Positions 31,762-40,589 of a DNA stretch of 64,000 bases are shown one piece after another (positions within the stretch are counted from its first letter, which is position 1; every line of letters starts with the position of its first letter). Position numbers and translations under genes: made by a program. Source of the stretch: an uncultured candidatus Porisulfidus sp. (GTDB taxonomy: Bacteria; Pseudomonadota; Gammaproteobacteria; Poriferisulfidales; Poriferisulfidaceae); contig OZ241993.1 of the NCBI GenBank assembly GCA_965204575.1, forward strand, positions 1,120,001-1,184,000. Direction: 5' to 3'. Below the pieces are notes generated by a model, which ran no database searches, was not told the origin of the DNA, and saw nothing but the letters and a program-made list of their open reading frames with translations.

Positions 31762-32301
31762 ATGAACCAGATGGCCGCGGTTCAACGCTTGTCGGCACTT
31801 GACCGGCAGGGACGCCATGTCTTTGCCCGTGCCGACCTGGCCAAGGTGTTTCACGAGGACGAAGAACGAACCCTGCAAGCCGGTCTTGACCGGCTGGTGC
31901 GCCAGAGGATTCTGCTTCGCGTGGCAAGAGGCGCCTATGTCTATGCGTTGTCGGCAAGCATGGGTGCCGGTACGTTGGAACAGATCGCCAAGACCATCCG
32001 CCGGGGTGAATACAACTACCTCAGCCTGGAATCCGCGCTTTCCGAGTATGGCATCATCTCGCAGGTTCCGCTGGACCGGCTGACGGTGATGACGACCGGA
32101 CGAAAAGGTGAATACAAAACGCCTTTCGGCACCATTGAGTTCACGCACACGCGCCGTCGCGCCTCGGATATCCTCGACAATACCCAGGTCGTGGACCGGC
32201 CACTGAGAATGGCGAGCCCGGCGGCTGCCTGCCGGGACCTGAGGCGCGTGGGTCGCAACACCCACCTGATCGAGGAGGCCGCGCTCGATGAGTATCGCTA
32301 G
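31762..32301 (+). CDS. Type IV TA antitoxin AbiEi
   Basis: L.RVARGAY, YLSLESALSEYGIISQVP, GTIEFTH. Confidence 0.88.
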   Translation: MNQMAAVQRLSALDRQGRHVFARADLAKVFHEDEERTLQAGLDRLVRQRILLRVARGAYVYALSASMGAGTLEQIAKTIRRGEYNYLSLESALSEYGIISQVPLDRLTVMTTGRKGEYKTPFGTIEFTHTRRRASDILDNTQVVDRPLRMASPAAACRDLRRVGRNTHLIEEAALDEYR

Positions 32302-33208
32302 GGAAGACTTCAGGCGGTTCGTCGACCGTGCCGTGCAGGACGCGAGCCTCGGGCATATGCGGCCCGTGATCGAAAAAGAGTTGCTGCACTACGACATCCT
32401 GTTCTGCCTGGAACAGGGGCGCTTGCTGGACGGCTTGGTGTTTCAGGGCGGGACTTCATTGCGATTGTGCCGCGGCGGAAGCCGGTTCAGCGAGGATCTG
32501 GATTTCGCCGGAGGCCGGGACTTCTCCCCCTCGACGTTCGTCGAGATGAAGGCCTGCATCGAGGACTACGTGGGTTCGCGGTATGGCCTAGAGGTCGGGG
32601 TCAAGGAGCCTCCCGTTCGGGGAAAGGACCCGAAGCACGCGGAGCTGAATATCGACAAATGGCAGATCAGCGTCGCGGTCTCGCCGAAACGCAAGGATAT
32701 TCCCCGGCAACGCATCAAGGTCGAAGTGGCCAATGTTCCGGCCTACACCGCGGAAGCGGTTCCATTGAGGGTCAATTACGCCTTCCTTCCGGACGGCTAT
32801 GGCGACATGCTGATCTTCGCGGAAACGCTGGACGAGGTCATGGCCGACAAGATGGTGTCGCTTGCGGCCACGCGGAAATCCATCCGATACCGCGACATCT
32901 GGGACCTGTCGTGGCTGAAGCAGCAAGGCGCGACTGTTCAGGGGGACCTGGTCCGGCGCAAGCTTGGGGATTACCGCTTGCCCGGCGACGCGGCGATGTT
33001 CGATGACCTGGTCGCAAGGATTCCCGGCCTTGTTGCGGAAGCGGAGTTCAAGAACGAAATGCGGCGGTTCCTGCCGTCGGACGTCTACGACCGGACCTTC
33101 GGCAGCGGGAAGTTCGAAGGGTTCCTGGCCGGTGCCGTTGGCGGGTTGTTCGAGGAGTTGAGGCGGGGGTTCGGCGATGGAAAGTCCGACCCGGAATTCC
33201 TGCTGTGA
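32288..33208 (+). CDS. Type IV TA toxin AbiEii
   Basis: IEKELLH, FQGGTSLRL, RFSEDLDF, ADK, RDIWDL. Confidence 0.92.
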   Translation: MSIAREDFRRFVDRAVQDASLGHMRPVIEKELLHYDILFCLEQGRLLDGLVFQGGTSLRLCRGGSRFSEDLDFAGGRDFSPSTFVEMKACIEDYVGSRYGLEVGVKEPPVRGKDPKHAELNIDKWQISVAVSPKRKDIPRQRIKVEVANVPAYTAEAVPLRVNYAFLPDGYGDMLIFAETLDEVMADKMVSLAATRKSIRYRDIWDLSWLKQQGATVQGDLVRRKLGDYRLPGDAAMFDDLVARIPGLVAEAEFKNEMRRFLPSDVYDRTFGSGKFEGFLAGAVGGLFEELRRGFGDGKSDPEFLL

Positions 33209-33272
33209 AGTTTTCCCGCCTGGATGATCCAGAGGTGGCGGCTCCAAAATTCCGATGCGGAGAATAAAGGGT

Positions 33273-33301
33273 ATAATATCCGCATAATTTGCGGATATTA
33301 T
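33273..33301 (+). promoter_or_regulatory. 12-bp inverted repeat over the -10 box of fic
   Basis: ATAATATCCGCA-N5-TGCGGATATTAT ending 1 nt before the ATG. Confidence 0.7.
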
Positions 33302-33302
33302 C

Positions 33303-34418
33303 ATGTATCTTTGGGAACGGCCCCGATGGCCTGACTTTTCCTGGAACGGGGAGCGCTTGGGCAAAAGCCTTGCCTTGGCTCACCATGAAAAAGGGCGTCT
33401 GCTGGGGAGAATGGAGGCGTTGGGGTTCGAGTTTCGGGAAGAAGCCTGCCTCCAGGTCCTGACCCAGGAGGTGGTGAAGTCCAGTGAAATCGAAGGGGAG
33501 ATTCTAAATAGTGACCAGGTTCGCTCGTCCATTGCGAGACGCCTGGGGATGGATGTCGGAGGCTTGCTTCCGGCGGACCGGGATATCGAGGGCATGGTCG
33601 AGATGGCGCTGGACGCGGCCGGCAGCTTCGACAAGCCCTTGACCGAAGACCGCCTGTGCGGATGGCAGGCGGCCCTGTTCCCGGCCGGGCGCAGCGGCCT
33701 GCGGAAAATCGCCGTGGGCGATTGGCGCGACGACCGCGAGGGCCCCATGCAGGTTGTCTCCGGGCCGATGGGCAAGGAGAAAGTCCACTACCAGGCGCCG
33801 CCGGCCGACCGGGTACCCGGCGAAATGGCGAAGTTCCTCTCCTGGTTCGGGCAGACCCCCGACATGGATCTTCTCGTCAAGGCTGGCCTCGCCCACCTGT
33901 GGCTCGTGACGATTCACCCCTTCGAGGATGGGAATGGGCGCATTGCGCGCGCAGTCGCCGACATGGTTCTTTCGCAGTCGGACGACAGCCCCCGACGCTT
34001 CTACAGCATGTCTGCACAGATCCGGACGGAACGCGAACAGTATTACGCCATGCTTGAGAGTTCACAGAAGTCGGACCTGGATGTCACCTTATGGCTCGAA
34101 TGGTTCCTCGGCTGCCTGGTTCGGGCGGTCGAGAGTTCGCAGGAGACCGTGAGCGCAGTCCTGCAGAAGGCGCGATTCTGGGAACGTTTCTCCCAGGAAC
34201 CCCTCAACGAAAGGCAGATCAAGGTCCTGAACCGGCTGCTCGACGGCTTCGAGGGGAAGCTCACGTCTTCCAAATGGGCGAGGCTCGCCAAGTGCTCGCA
34301 GGACACCGCGTACCGGGATATTCTCGGCCTGATCGAACGGGGAGCCCTTGAGAGGAATCCCGGCGGCGGGCGCAGCACGAGTTACTCGGTCGCCGGGATT
34401 GGCGAACAGAGAGAGTAG
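33303..34418 (+). CDS. Fic protein with DUF4172 N-terminus and C-terminal wHTH
   Basis: MYLWERPRWPDF, SSEIEGE, HPFEDGNGRIAR, GGRSTSY. Confidence 0.93.
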   Translation: MYLWERPRWPDFSWNGERLGKSLALAHHEKGRLLGRMEALGFEFREEACLQVLTQEVVKSSEIEGEILNSDQVRSSIARRLGMDVGGLLPADRDIEGMVEMALDAAGSFDKPLTEDRLCGWQAALFPAGRSGLRKIAVGDWRDDREGPMQVVSGPMGKEKVHYQAPPADRVPGEMAKFLSWFGQTPDMDLLVKAGLAHLWLVTIHPFEDGNGRIARAVADMVLSQSDDSPRRFYSMSAQIRTEREQYYAMLESSQKSDLDVTLWLEWFLGCLVRAVESSQETVSAVLQKARFWERFSQEPLNERQIKVLNRLLDGFEGKLTSSKWARLAKCSQDTAYRDILGLIERGALERNPGGGRSTSYSVAGIGEQRE

Positions 34419-34452
34419 GGCACGAGAAAGGGTGCCGAACAAACTTTTCTGT

Positions 34453-34617
34453 TTAGATGCCTAGGTCTTTGAAAAAGTCTTCGGCATTGCTGAAGCGCTT
34501 GCCCTTGCCCTCGTCCAGTTCCTTCATCGCCTCCAGGGTGAGAGCGTTCGGCACTCTGAAGAGCCCCGTCTCGGCATCGCGGCTGGCCTGCGTGCGCATA
34601 TCAGTCTCGGTATTCAT
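34453..34617 (-). CDS. Shortened DinJ/RelB-like antitoxin (54 aa, not in ORF track)
   Basis: AGGAGG RBS; MNTETDMRTQASRDAETGLFRVPNALTLEAMKELDEGKGKRFSNAEDFFKDLGI resembles the DinJ C-terminal half. Confidence 0.7.
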   Translation of the reverse strand: MNTETDMRTQASRDAETGLFRVPNALTLEAMKELDEGKGKRFSNAEDFFKDLGI

Positions 34618-34814
34618 CTGAAACCCCTCCTGCGCGGCTTATTTTGGCCGTATTGGGGAGTCTTTTCAAGGGCTTGCGCATGGCCAGAAGTCGAATGTTA
34701 TACTTGATTTCACGGGCTCTCTCGGGCAATGGAATGCGGAAGAGGGATTCGAATCAACCCGAGGTTCGGGATATAAGGCTAACCGACCTGCATGGATAGG
34801 GAATCAGCAGAACC

Positions 34815-35123
34815 ATGAACATTAGTCTTGAATTGATCACGATTGTCGCGTTGTGGCTCACCACGATGGGCTTTCTTATAAGCCTTCACCGGGATGTTGC
34901 CGGTCTTCGCGAGAAGATGGGGCACCTTGAGGGGAGGATGGGTCGTCTCGAGGACAGGATGACACACCTCGAGGACCGGATGAGCCGCCTTGAAGACAGG
35001 ATGGACCAGATCGAGGGCAGGATGGATCATCTGGAGGACAGAATGGGTCGCATCGAAGGCAGGGTGGGCCATCTCGAAGAACTGTTCCAAGGGTTTCGCA
35101 AGCCCGCCGCCGGATTCAGTTAA
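34815..35123 (+). CDS. Membrane-anchored coiled-coil mini-protein, 7-aa repeats
   Basis: N-terminal hydrophobic helix, LHRDV, eight heptads M(G/T/S/D)x(L/I)E(D/G)R. Confidence 0.8.
   Translation: MNISLELITIVALWLTTMGFLISLHRDVAGLREKMGHLEGRMGRLEDRMTHLEDRMSRLEDRMDQIEGRMDHLEDRMGRIEGRVGHLEELFQGFRKPAAGFS
34917..35084 (+). repeat. Eight degenerate 21-nt tandem repeats
   Basis: Units start with ATG/GTG every 21 nt from 34917. Confidence 0.85.
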
Positions 35124-35175
35124 TCCCTGATTGCGGACAGGGCTCCGGCCTTCTAGAAGATCCGGAAGTGCCGAT

Positions 35176-35937
35176 TCAGAAAATCCCCGGAATCACCGCC
35201 TTCCGATCAGTCGGATAGTCTTCGAACGTCTCCTGGTACCACCGGTGGTGGCTGTAGGCCCTCGGCACCAGGTTGGCGGCGGTGAACACGAAGAAGGCAA
35301 AGCCGGCCATCGACCAGGTCGCTAGTGCCCAACCGGCCCATTCCAGTATTTCCCCGAGATGGTTCGGGCAGGAGACGAAACGGAACCCTCCGCCGCGGGG
35401 AATGGCGTAACCGGTCTCGCCGGGTTTGCGCAGGTGCAGCAGGATCGTGTCGGAATGGAGGTTGAGGGCCATGCCGAACAGGAAGATCGCGAGGCCGATC
35501 AGGAAGCGGGGGTCGCTCAGCCATGAAATGTCGTAGGTGGCGAATTCCGAGACGACGCGGGCGTTGATGTAGGCATTGATCACATTGAAGAAGACGCCCG
35601 ATGCGACGACCGCGATCGGCATCCGTTTGCCTTGCGTGCGGAGCCGGAACGGAAAGATCAGCGTTCGGTGCACGTAGTGGGCCTGCCACATGACGAGGAA
35701 CACCAGCGGCACGACCTCCCAGGCGGATTCTCCACAGAGATACACGTACAGGAAGACGACTACGGTCGGCAGCTCCATGACGATCCAGCCGGTCCGGTTG
35801 GAGATGGATGGCCCCCAGCCGGCGGCCGGGTAGTGCCGACCGAACGGGGCGGTCTTGTAAAGCAAATACAGGAAAGTCGGGATCGAGATCGCGAGGACCG
35901 CCCAGACCAGGATGCTGTGGATTGCCAGCTCAATCAT
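35176..35937 (-). CDS. Steroid 5-alpha-reductase (SRD5A/DET2-like)
   Basis: WIVMELP, HYVHR, NLHSD.IL..LR, YAIPRGG.F..VSCPN..GEILEW, NLVPRA..HHRWY. Confidence 0.9.
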   Translation of the reverse strand: MIELAIHSILVWAVLAISIPTFLYLLYKTAPFGRHYPAAGWGPSISNRTGWIVMELPTVVVFLYVYLCGESAWEVVPLVFLVMWQAHYVHRTLIFPFRLRTQGKRMPIAVVASGVFFNVINAYINARVVSEFATYDISWLSDPRFLIGLAIFLFGMALNLHSDTILLHLRKPGETGYAIPRGGGFRFVSCPNHLGEILEWAGWALATWSMAGFAFFVFTAANLVPRAYSHHRWYQETFEDYPTDRKAVIPGIF

Positions 35938-36247
35938 GCCCGTTCTCTCCTTGGGTAAATCCGTAGAACCGCTCGTTCAGAAAATCGCGCATGGCCGCGA
36001 TCTGTTCCGCCGTCCAGTCGAGCCCGGCTCCTTCGCGGCAATGGTCGACGCGTGCGAGCAACTGCCCGGAATTCTTGACGAGGCCCTCCGCTCCGCGGTA
36101 CAGCAGGTGGCCGTCTCCGCCAGTAATGCGCGCGTGACAGGCCGTGCAGTGTTCTTGATGTACACTGCCCGAATCGAACGCCTGCACGCCTCCCGTCCCG
36201 GGGAGGGCGAGCGCGACGAGCAGAACGCAGATTTGCCACGCCTTCAT
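35930..36247 (-). CDS. Small secreted monoheme cytochrome c, possibly His/Cys ligated
   Basis: Signal peptide, CTACH, distal VDHC, FLNERFY. Confidence 0.8.
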   Translation of the reverse strand: MKAWQICVLLVALALPGTGGVQAFDSGSVHQEHCTACHARITGGDGHLLYRGAEGLVKNSGQLLARVDHCREGAGLDWTAEQIAAMRDFLNERFYGFTQGENGHD

Positions 36248-36797
36248 GTCCAAGAAAAAGAACCTGATCTGGATCGACCTGGAAATGACCGGGCTCAGCC
36301 CGGACACCGACCGGATCATCGAGATTGCCACCGTGGTCACGGACTCAGACCTCAACGTGCTGGCGACCGGCCCGGTGCGCGCGATCCACCAGTCCGAATC
36401 GTGCCTGGCCGGGATGGACGAATGGAACACCTCCCACCATGGCGCTTCCGGGTTGACCGACGAAGTGCGCCGTTCCGACTGCAATGAGGCGCAGGCCGAA
36501 AAAGAGACGATCGAGTTCCTGGCGAAGCATGTCCCATACAGGGCCTCGCCGATGTGCGGCAACAGCATCTGCCAGGACCGGCGCTTCCTGGCGCGCTGGA
36601 TGCCGGACCTGGAGAAGTTCTTCCACTACCGGAACCTGGACGTCAGCACGCTGAAGGAATTGGCGCGGCGCTGGTATCCGGAGGTCGAGGAGATCCAGAA
36701 GGCCGCCGCGCACCGTGCGCTTGAGGACATTCACGAGTCGATCCGGGAACTGGCGCATTACCGTCAGCAGCTGTTTCAGCGAACGGCCGCTTCCTGA
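36246..36797 (+). CDS. orn: Oligoribonuclease
   Basis: [31 protein letters not shown]. Confidence 0.98.
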   Translation: MSKKKNLIWIDLEMTGLSPDTDRIIEIATVVTDSDLNVLATGPVRAIHQSESCLAGMDEWNTSHHGASGLTDEVRRSDCNEAQAEKETIEFLAKHVPYRASPMCGNSICQDRRFLARWMPDLEKFFHYRNLDVSTLKELARRWYPEVEEIQKAAAHRALEDIHESIRELAHYRQQLFQRTAAS

Positions 36798-38428
36798 AGC
36801 GGGAGGTCGCGGCCTGCCTGCGGGTGCAGCACGGTGTCGCAACCGTCCATGGCCGGGTCCAGTTCCGGGTAATCCAGGGTGTAGTGCAGGCCGCGGCTTT
36901 CGCGGCGCATCATCGCGCAGCGGATGATCAGGTCTGAGACCTGGGCGAGGTTGCGCAGTTCGATCAGGTCCCGCGAAATGCGGAAATCCCGGTAGTATTC
37001 GTTGATTTCCTTGCGCAGCAGGGTGCAGCGGTGCTGGGCCCGTTCCAGCCGCTTGGTGGTGCGCACGATGCCGACGTAGTCCCACATGAAGCGGCGCAGT
37101 TCGTCCCAGTTGTGCGAGACCACCACTTCCTCGTCTGAATCCGATACCCGGCTCTCGTCCCAGGGCGCCACGTCCGGCACCGACGCGTCCCGGGGCAGCG
37201 TCTCGTTGATGTGCTCGCTCGCGGCGTGGGCGAACACCAGGCATTCCAGCAGGGAATTGCTGGCCATCCGGTTCGCGCCGTGCAGCCCGGTATGGGCCAC
37301 TTCCCCGACGGCGTACAGCCCGGGGAGGTCGGTGCAGCCGGAGAGGTCGGTGGCGACGCCGCCGCAGGTGTAGTGCGCGGCCGGCACGACCGGGATCGGC
37401 TGGTGGGCTAGGTCGATGTCGTATTCGAGGCAGCGCTCGTAGATGTTCGGGAACGCCTCGCGCAGCTCGGCGGCCTCCTTGTGGCTGATGTCGAGGTGCA
37501 CGTAGTCCAGCCCGAGGCGCTTCATTTCGTGGTCGATGGCCCGTGCGACGACGTCCCGGGGGGCCAGTTCGCCGCGTTCGTCGAAACGATGCATGAATTC
37601 CGCGCCGCTGCCCGGCAGGCGCAGTTTCGCTCCCTCGCCGCGCAGTGATTCGGTCATCAGGAAGGATTTGGCGCGCGGATCGTACAGGCAGGTCGGGTGG
37701 AACTGGATAAACTCCATGTTGGCCACGCGGCAGCCGGCCCGCCACGCCATGGCCAGCCCGTCTCCGGACGAGGTGTCGGGGTTGGAGGTATACAGGTAGA
37801 CCTTGCTTGCGCCGCCGGTGGCCAGGATCACGCAGCGCGCGCGGTAGGCGTTGACGGCGTTGGTCCGGGTGTCCTGGGCGTAAAGCCCGATGCAGCGGCG
37901 CTTCCCGGCGCTTCGGTCGACGATCAGGTCGACCGCGATGCAATGGCTGTGCAACTCGACGTTGGAACGTTCGCGCACCTGCGCCATGAGCGCTTCCTGG
38001 ATGGTGCGACCGGTGTGATCGGCGACGTGCGCGATCCGCCGGCGGCTGTGCCCGCCCTCCTGGGTCAGGTGCAGTTCGCCGGAAGGCGTGTAGGGAGTAA
38101 AGTTCACGCCCTGGTTCTGCAGCCACTGGATCATGGCGGCACCGCGTTCCGCCACGTGCTGGACTACGTCCGGGCGGCACAGCCCGCCCCCGGCCGAGAT
38201 CGTGTCGGAGACATGCAGGTCGACCGAGTCCTTGTCGTCCAGGACCGCCGAGACCCCCCCTTGGGCGTAGGTCGTCGAGCTTTCGGTCGCAGCCGCCTTG
38301 CACAGCAGTGTGACCTTGAGGCGCGGATCCATCTCCAGCGCGGCGCACAGGCCGGCCGCGCCGCTGCCGAGAATCAGGACATCCGTATCATGCGCAACCG
38401 CTGCGCTGTCTGCAACCAGGCGCTTCAC
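36776..38428 (-). CDS. nadB: L-aspartate oxidase
   Basis: [38 protein letters not shown]; GTG start lies inside the element end. Confidence 0.97.
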   Translation of the reverse strand: MKRLVADSAAVAHDTDVLILGSGAAGLCAALEMDPRLKVTLLCKAAATESSTTYAQGGVSAVLDDKDSVDLHVSDTISAGGGLCRPDVVQHVAERGAAMIQWLQNQGVNFTPYTPSGELHLTQEGGHSRRRIAHVADHTGRTIQEALMAQVRERSNVELHSHCIAVDLIVDRSAGKRRCIGLYAQDTRTNAVNAYRARCVILATGGASKVYLYTSNPDTSSGDGLAMAWRAGCRVANMEFIQFHPTCLYDPRAKSFLMTESLRGEGAKLRLPGSGAEFMHRFDERGELAPRDVVARAIDHEMKRLGLDYVHLDISHKEAAELREAFPNIYERCLEYDIDLAHQPIPVVPAAHYTCGGVATDLSGCTDLPGLYAVGEVAHTGLHGANRMASNSLLECLVFAHAASEHINETLPRDASVPDVAPWDESRVSDSDEEVVVSHNWDELRRFMWDYVGIVRTTKRLERAQHRCTLLRKEINEYYRDFRISRDLIELRNLAQVSDLIIRCAMMRRESRGLHYTLDYPELDPAMDGCDTVLHPQAGRDLPLQEAAVR

Positions 38429-39831
38429 GATTTGGTGTGGAAATCAGGGGGCGAGCCCCGGTAGTTCCACTGCATCGTTGACGGATCATCGGCGGTCTCC
38501 ACTAGGCACTCAAAGAAGAATGCCTCCGCTTCGTTGTCCCCTCCCCGTCCCGTCACCGGAGCGCCTCCGGCCAAGAGATTTTCCAAGCCCAGATTCAATA
38601 TGTTTCGTGTGGCATTGAGGTCCGCATGGTCCGTGTGTCCGCAGGCCTGGCACTTGAAATGCGCCTGCTCCTTCCGGTTGTCCTGTTCGGTGTGCCCGCA
38701 TTCCGCGCACGCCCGGCTGGTGTTCCGCGCTGGCACCCGGATCAGGTCCGTCGCCTTGTACTTCAGAAAACGGTCCACCATCCCCATGCAGGAAGACTGC
38801 GCCATCTTCCGGTTCAGCGCGGACTTCGCCTTGACGTTTTTCCCGGGCTTCTCCCTTGTCCCCCGCGCCGAGCGGCGCATCGCCTGCACGTCCAGATCCT
38901 CCAGCACGATGTGCTGGAAGTTCCGAGCCAGGTCGGCCGAGGACTGGTGGCTGAAGTCCCTGCGGATCTCCGCCGCCTTGCGCTTCGCCTTTGCCGCGCG
39001 CTGCTGCAGCCGCTGCCGCCGGTTCGAGGCTACCTTGATCTTCTTGCCAGACTTGGTACGCACCGCCTTCCCATCGGCGTCCTTCAGTTCAATCCGCTCC
39101 CGGCGGCTCGCCCGCCACTGGTAGTGCCGGGCCCGCGCCTCGTACTTCCCGATCCGCTCGTACGGAATCTCGATGAGTCTCCGTCCTCCACACCAGCCCG
39201 CCGCGAGGTTCTCCGAGTTGCGGTCAATGCCGCAGACCCCGCCGTGCCAGCGCCAGTCCGGGTCCTCTACCTCCCACAGCACCGACACGTACCACTTAGC
39301 GAGTTCCCGGTACACCACCGCGACCTTGGCCTCGCCGCCGTCCCAGGGGTCGGCCCCCCGCGTGCGCGACTGCGCCTTGCGGTTCATCCGGATCCAGCCG
39401 ACCTTCGGTACCCAAAGCCGCTTCTTCTTTACCTTCACGTCGTACGGGATCGTAAACGACTCCCGGCTGACACCCTTGATCTTGAAACGGGGGAACCCGG
39501 CCTGCTTGCCGCACTTGCCTTCCCGCCGACGGTGGGAGAAATGCGCGAACGCCGCCCCCAGCGGGAACGCTCCCGTGCCGCGCACAACCGTGGCCGACAA
39601 CCCCCGCAGCCATTCGTGGCCTTCCGTTGCCTTCAAGCGCGTGTACCGCTTCGCGAAGTCAAATTCGGAGGCGCCCGGCCGGTCTCTTTCTCCGGCCTCG
39701 AAACGCCCGTATTCCCGGATCTGGTCAGCCAGCAACTCGTTGTAGACGAACCGGCCGGCCCCGCACAACTGTGTGAACTGCCGCTCCTGCGTCTGGTTCG
39801 GATACAGACGGTAGCGGGAGGCTCGGTGCAT
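38425..39831 (-). CDS. tnpB: TnpB RNA-guided endonuclease
   Basis: YRLYPN, GFPRFK, RuvC GID / VLEDL / HADLNA..NI, Zn finger CAEC-CQAC. Confidence 0.95.
   Translation of the reverse strand: MHRASRYRLYPNQTQERQFTQLCGAGRFVYNELLADQIREYGRFEAGERDRPGASEFDFAKRYTRLKATEGHEWLRGLSATVVRGTGAFPLGAAFAHFSHRRREGKCGKQAGFPRFKIKGVSRESFTIPYDVKVKKKRLWVPKVGWIRMNRKAQSRTRGADPWDGGEAKVAVVYRELAKWYVSVLWEVEDPDWRWHGGVCGIDRNSENLAAGWCGGRRLIEIPYERIGKYEARARHYQWRASRRERIELKDADGKAVRTKSGKKIKVASNRRQRLQQRAAKAKRKAAEIRRDFSHQSSADLARNFQHIVLEDLDVQAMRRSARGTREKPGKNVKAKSALNRKMAQSSCMGMVDRFLKYKATDLIRVPARNTSRACAECGHTEQDNRKEQAHFKCQACGHTDHADLNATRNILNLGLENLLAGGAPVTGRGGDNEAEAFFFECLVETADDPSTMQWNYRGSPPDFHTKS
38444..38580 (-). ncRNA. Putative omegaRNA (scaffold overlapping the tnpB 3' end, plus guide)
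   Basis: Expected position; scaffold ends GATCCGTCAA near 38478; bounds approximate. Confidence 0.5.
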
Positions 39832-39998
39832 GATGGCGTACTCTATCACGCCTTTCCACACGAATCCGTGAAGACCACAATTGAGCCAATTTGCCATGCC
39901 AAATTAATTATAATGTTGCCCTTATGAATTGCCCTACCCCGTGTGCTTGACGCAGCCTCGCGAGAATCTTCTTTGGCGGATCGGCCCAGCGTGCCGAG

Positions 39999-40589
39999 AT
40001 GAGCGACAAAAGCGACAGGAATCTGGTTCGCCGCGCCAAGGCGGGGGAGACTGGCGCATTCGACGCGCTGGTCGAGAAATACCAACACCGCATCCTGAAA
40101 CTGGCCGGCCGCTACGTGTCCGACCGGGCTGCCCGGCAGGACGTGGTTCAGGAAGCCTTCATCAAGGCCTGGCGCAACATCAAGACCTTCCGGGGCGACA
40201 GCCAGTTCTACACCTGGCTGTTCCGGATCACGGTCAATACGGCGATGAACTACCTGGCCGCCGCGCGTCGGCGGCCGGAGCATACACTGCCGCCGGGTGA
40301 CGGGGAGGATCCAAGCATGGACGACATGCAGGCCGACCTGGACACGCCGGAGGGTGAGGTGGAGGCGGAGGAGGTGTCCGCCATAGTGAACAAAGTGATT
40401 TCCGAATTGTCAGAAGACTTACGGGTGGCGATCACCCTACGCGAACTGGAGGGCATGAGTTACGAGCAGATTGCGTATATTATGAAATGTCCTATCGGCA
40501 CGGTCCGCTCGCGCATTTTTCGGGCACGCGAGGCGATCGATGAGCGATTGAGGCCGATATTAGACGACTCGTCAGGGGAACGCAGATGA
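39999..40589 (+). CDS. rpoE: ECF sigma factor sigma-E
   Basis: AFDALVEKYQ, DVVQEAFIKA, FRGDSQFYTWL, GTVRSRIFRAR. Confidence 0.97.
   Translation: MSDKSDRNLVRRAKAGETGAFDALVEKYQHRILKLAGRYVSDRAARQDVVQEAFIKAWRNIKTFRGDSQFYTWLFRITVNTAMNYLAAARRRPEHTLPPGDGEDPSMDDMQADLDTPEGEVEAEEVSAIVNKVISELSEDLRVAITLRELEGMSYEQIAYIMKCPIGTVRSRIFRAREAIDERLRPILDDSSGERR

Larger units (their letters stand above)
38419..39876 (-). mobile_element. Transposase-less TnpB element bounded by inverted repeats
   Basis: CTTCACGATTTGGTGTGGAAA (38423-38443) versus TTTCCACACGAATCCGTGAAG (39853-39873), 18/21 complementary; splits the normally adjacent nadB/rpoE. Confidence 0.7.

Noticed and set aside
34736-34760. GCGGAAGAGGGATTCGAA resembles a reverse-strand tRNA 3' end or att site
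   Set aside because: No cloverleaf or CCA; better explained as part of the shared leader
34724-34790. GGCAATGG resembles a fluoride riboswitch start
   Set aside because: P1 partner and the downstream GCUAAUGAC-type element are missing
34917-35084. Regular repeats as a CRISPR array
   Set aside because: In-frame coding repeats without spacers; no cas genes seen
19000-35170. Cassette clusters as an integron array
   Set aside because: No integrase or attC-like sites noticed; genes carry their own promoters
38425-40589. TnpB beside a sigma-E gene as an RNA-guided transcription (dead Cas12f/TldR-type) system
   Set aside because: RuvC residues are intact, and rpoE is the ordinary divergent rpoE-rseA-rseB-degP operon that normally neighbours nadB
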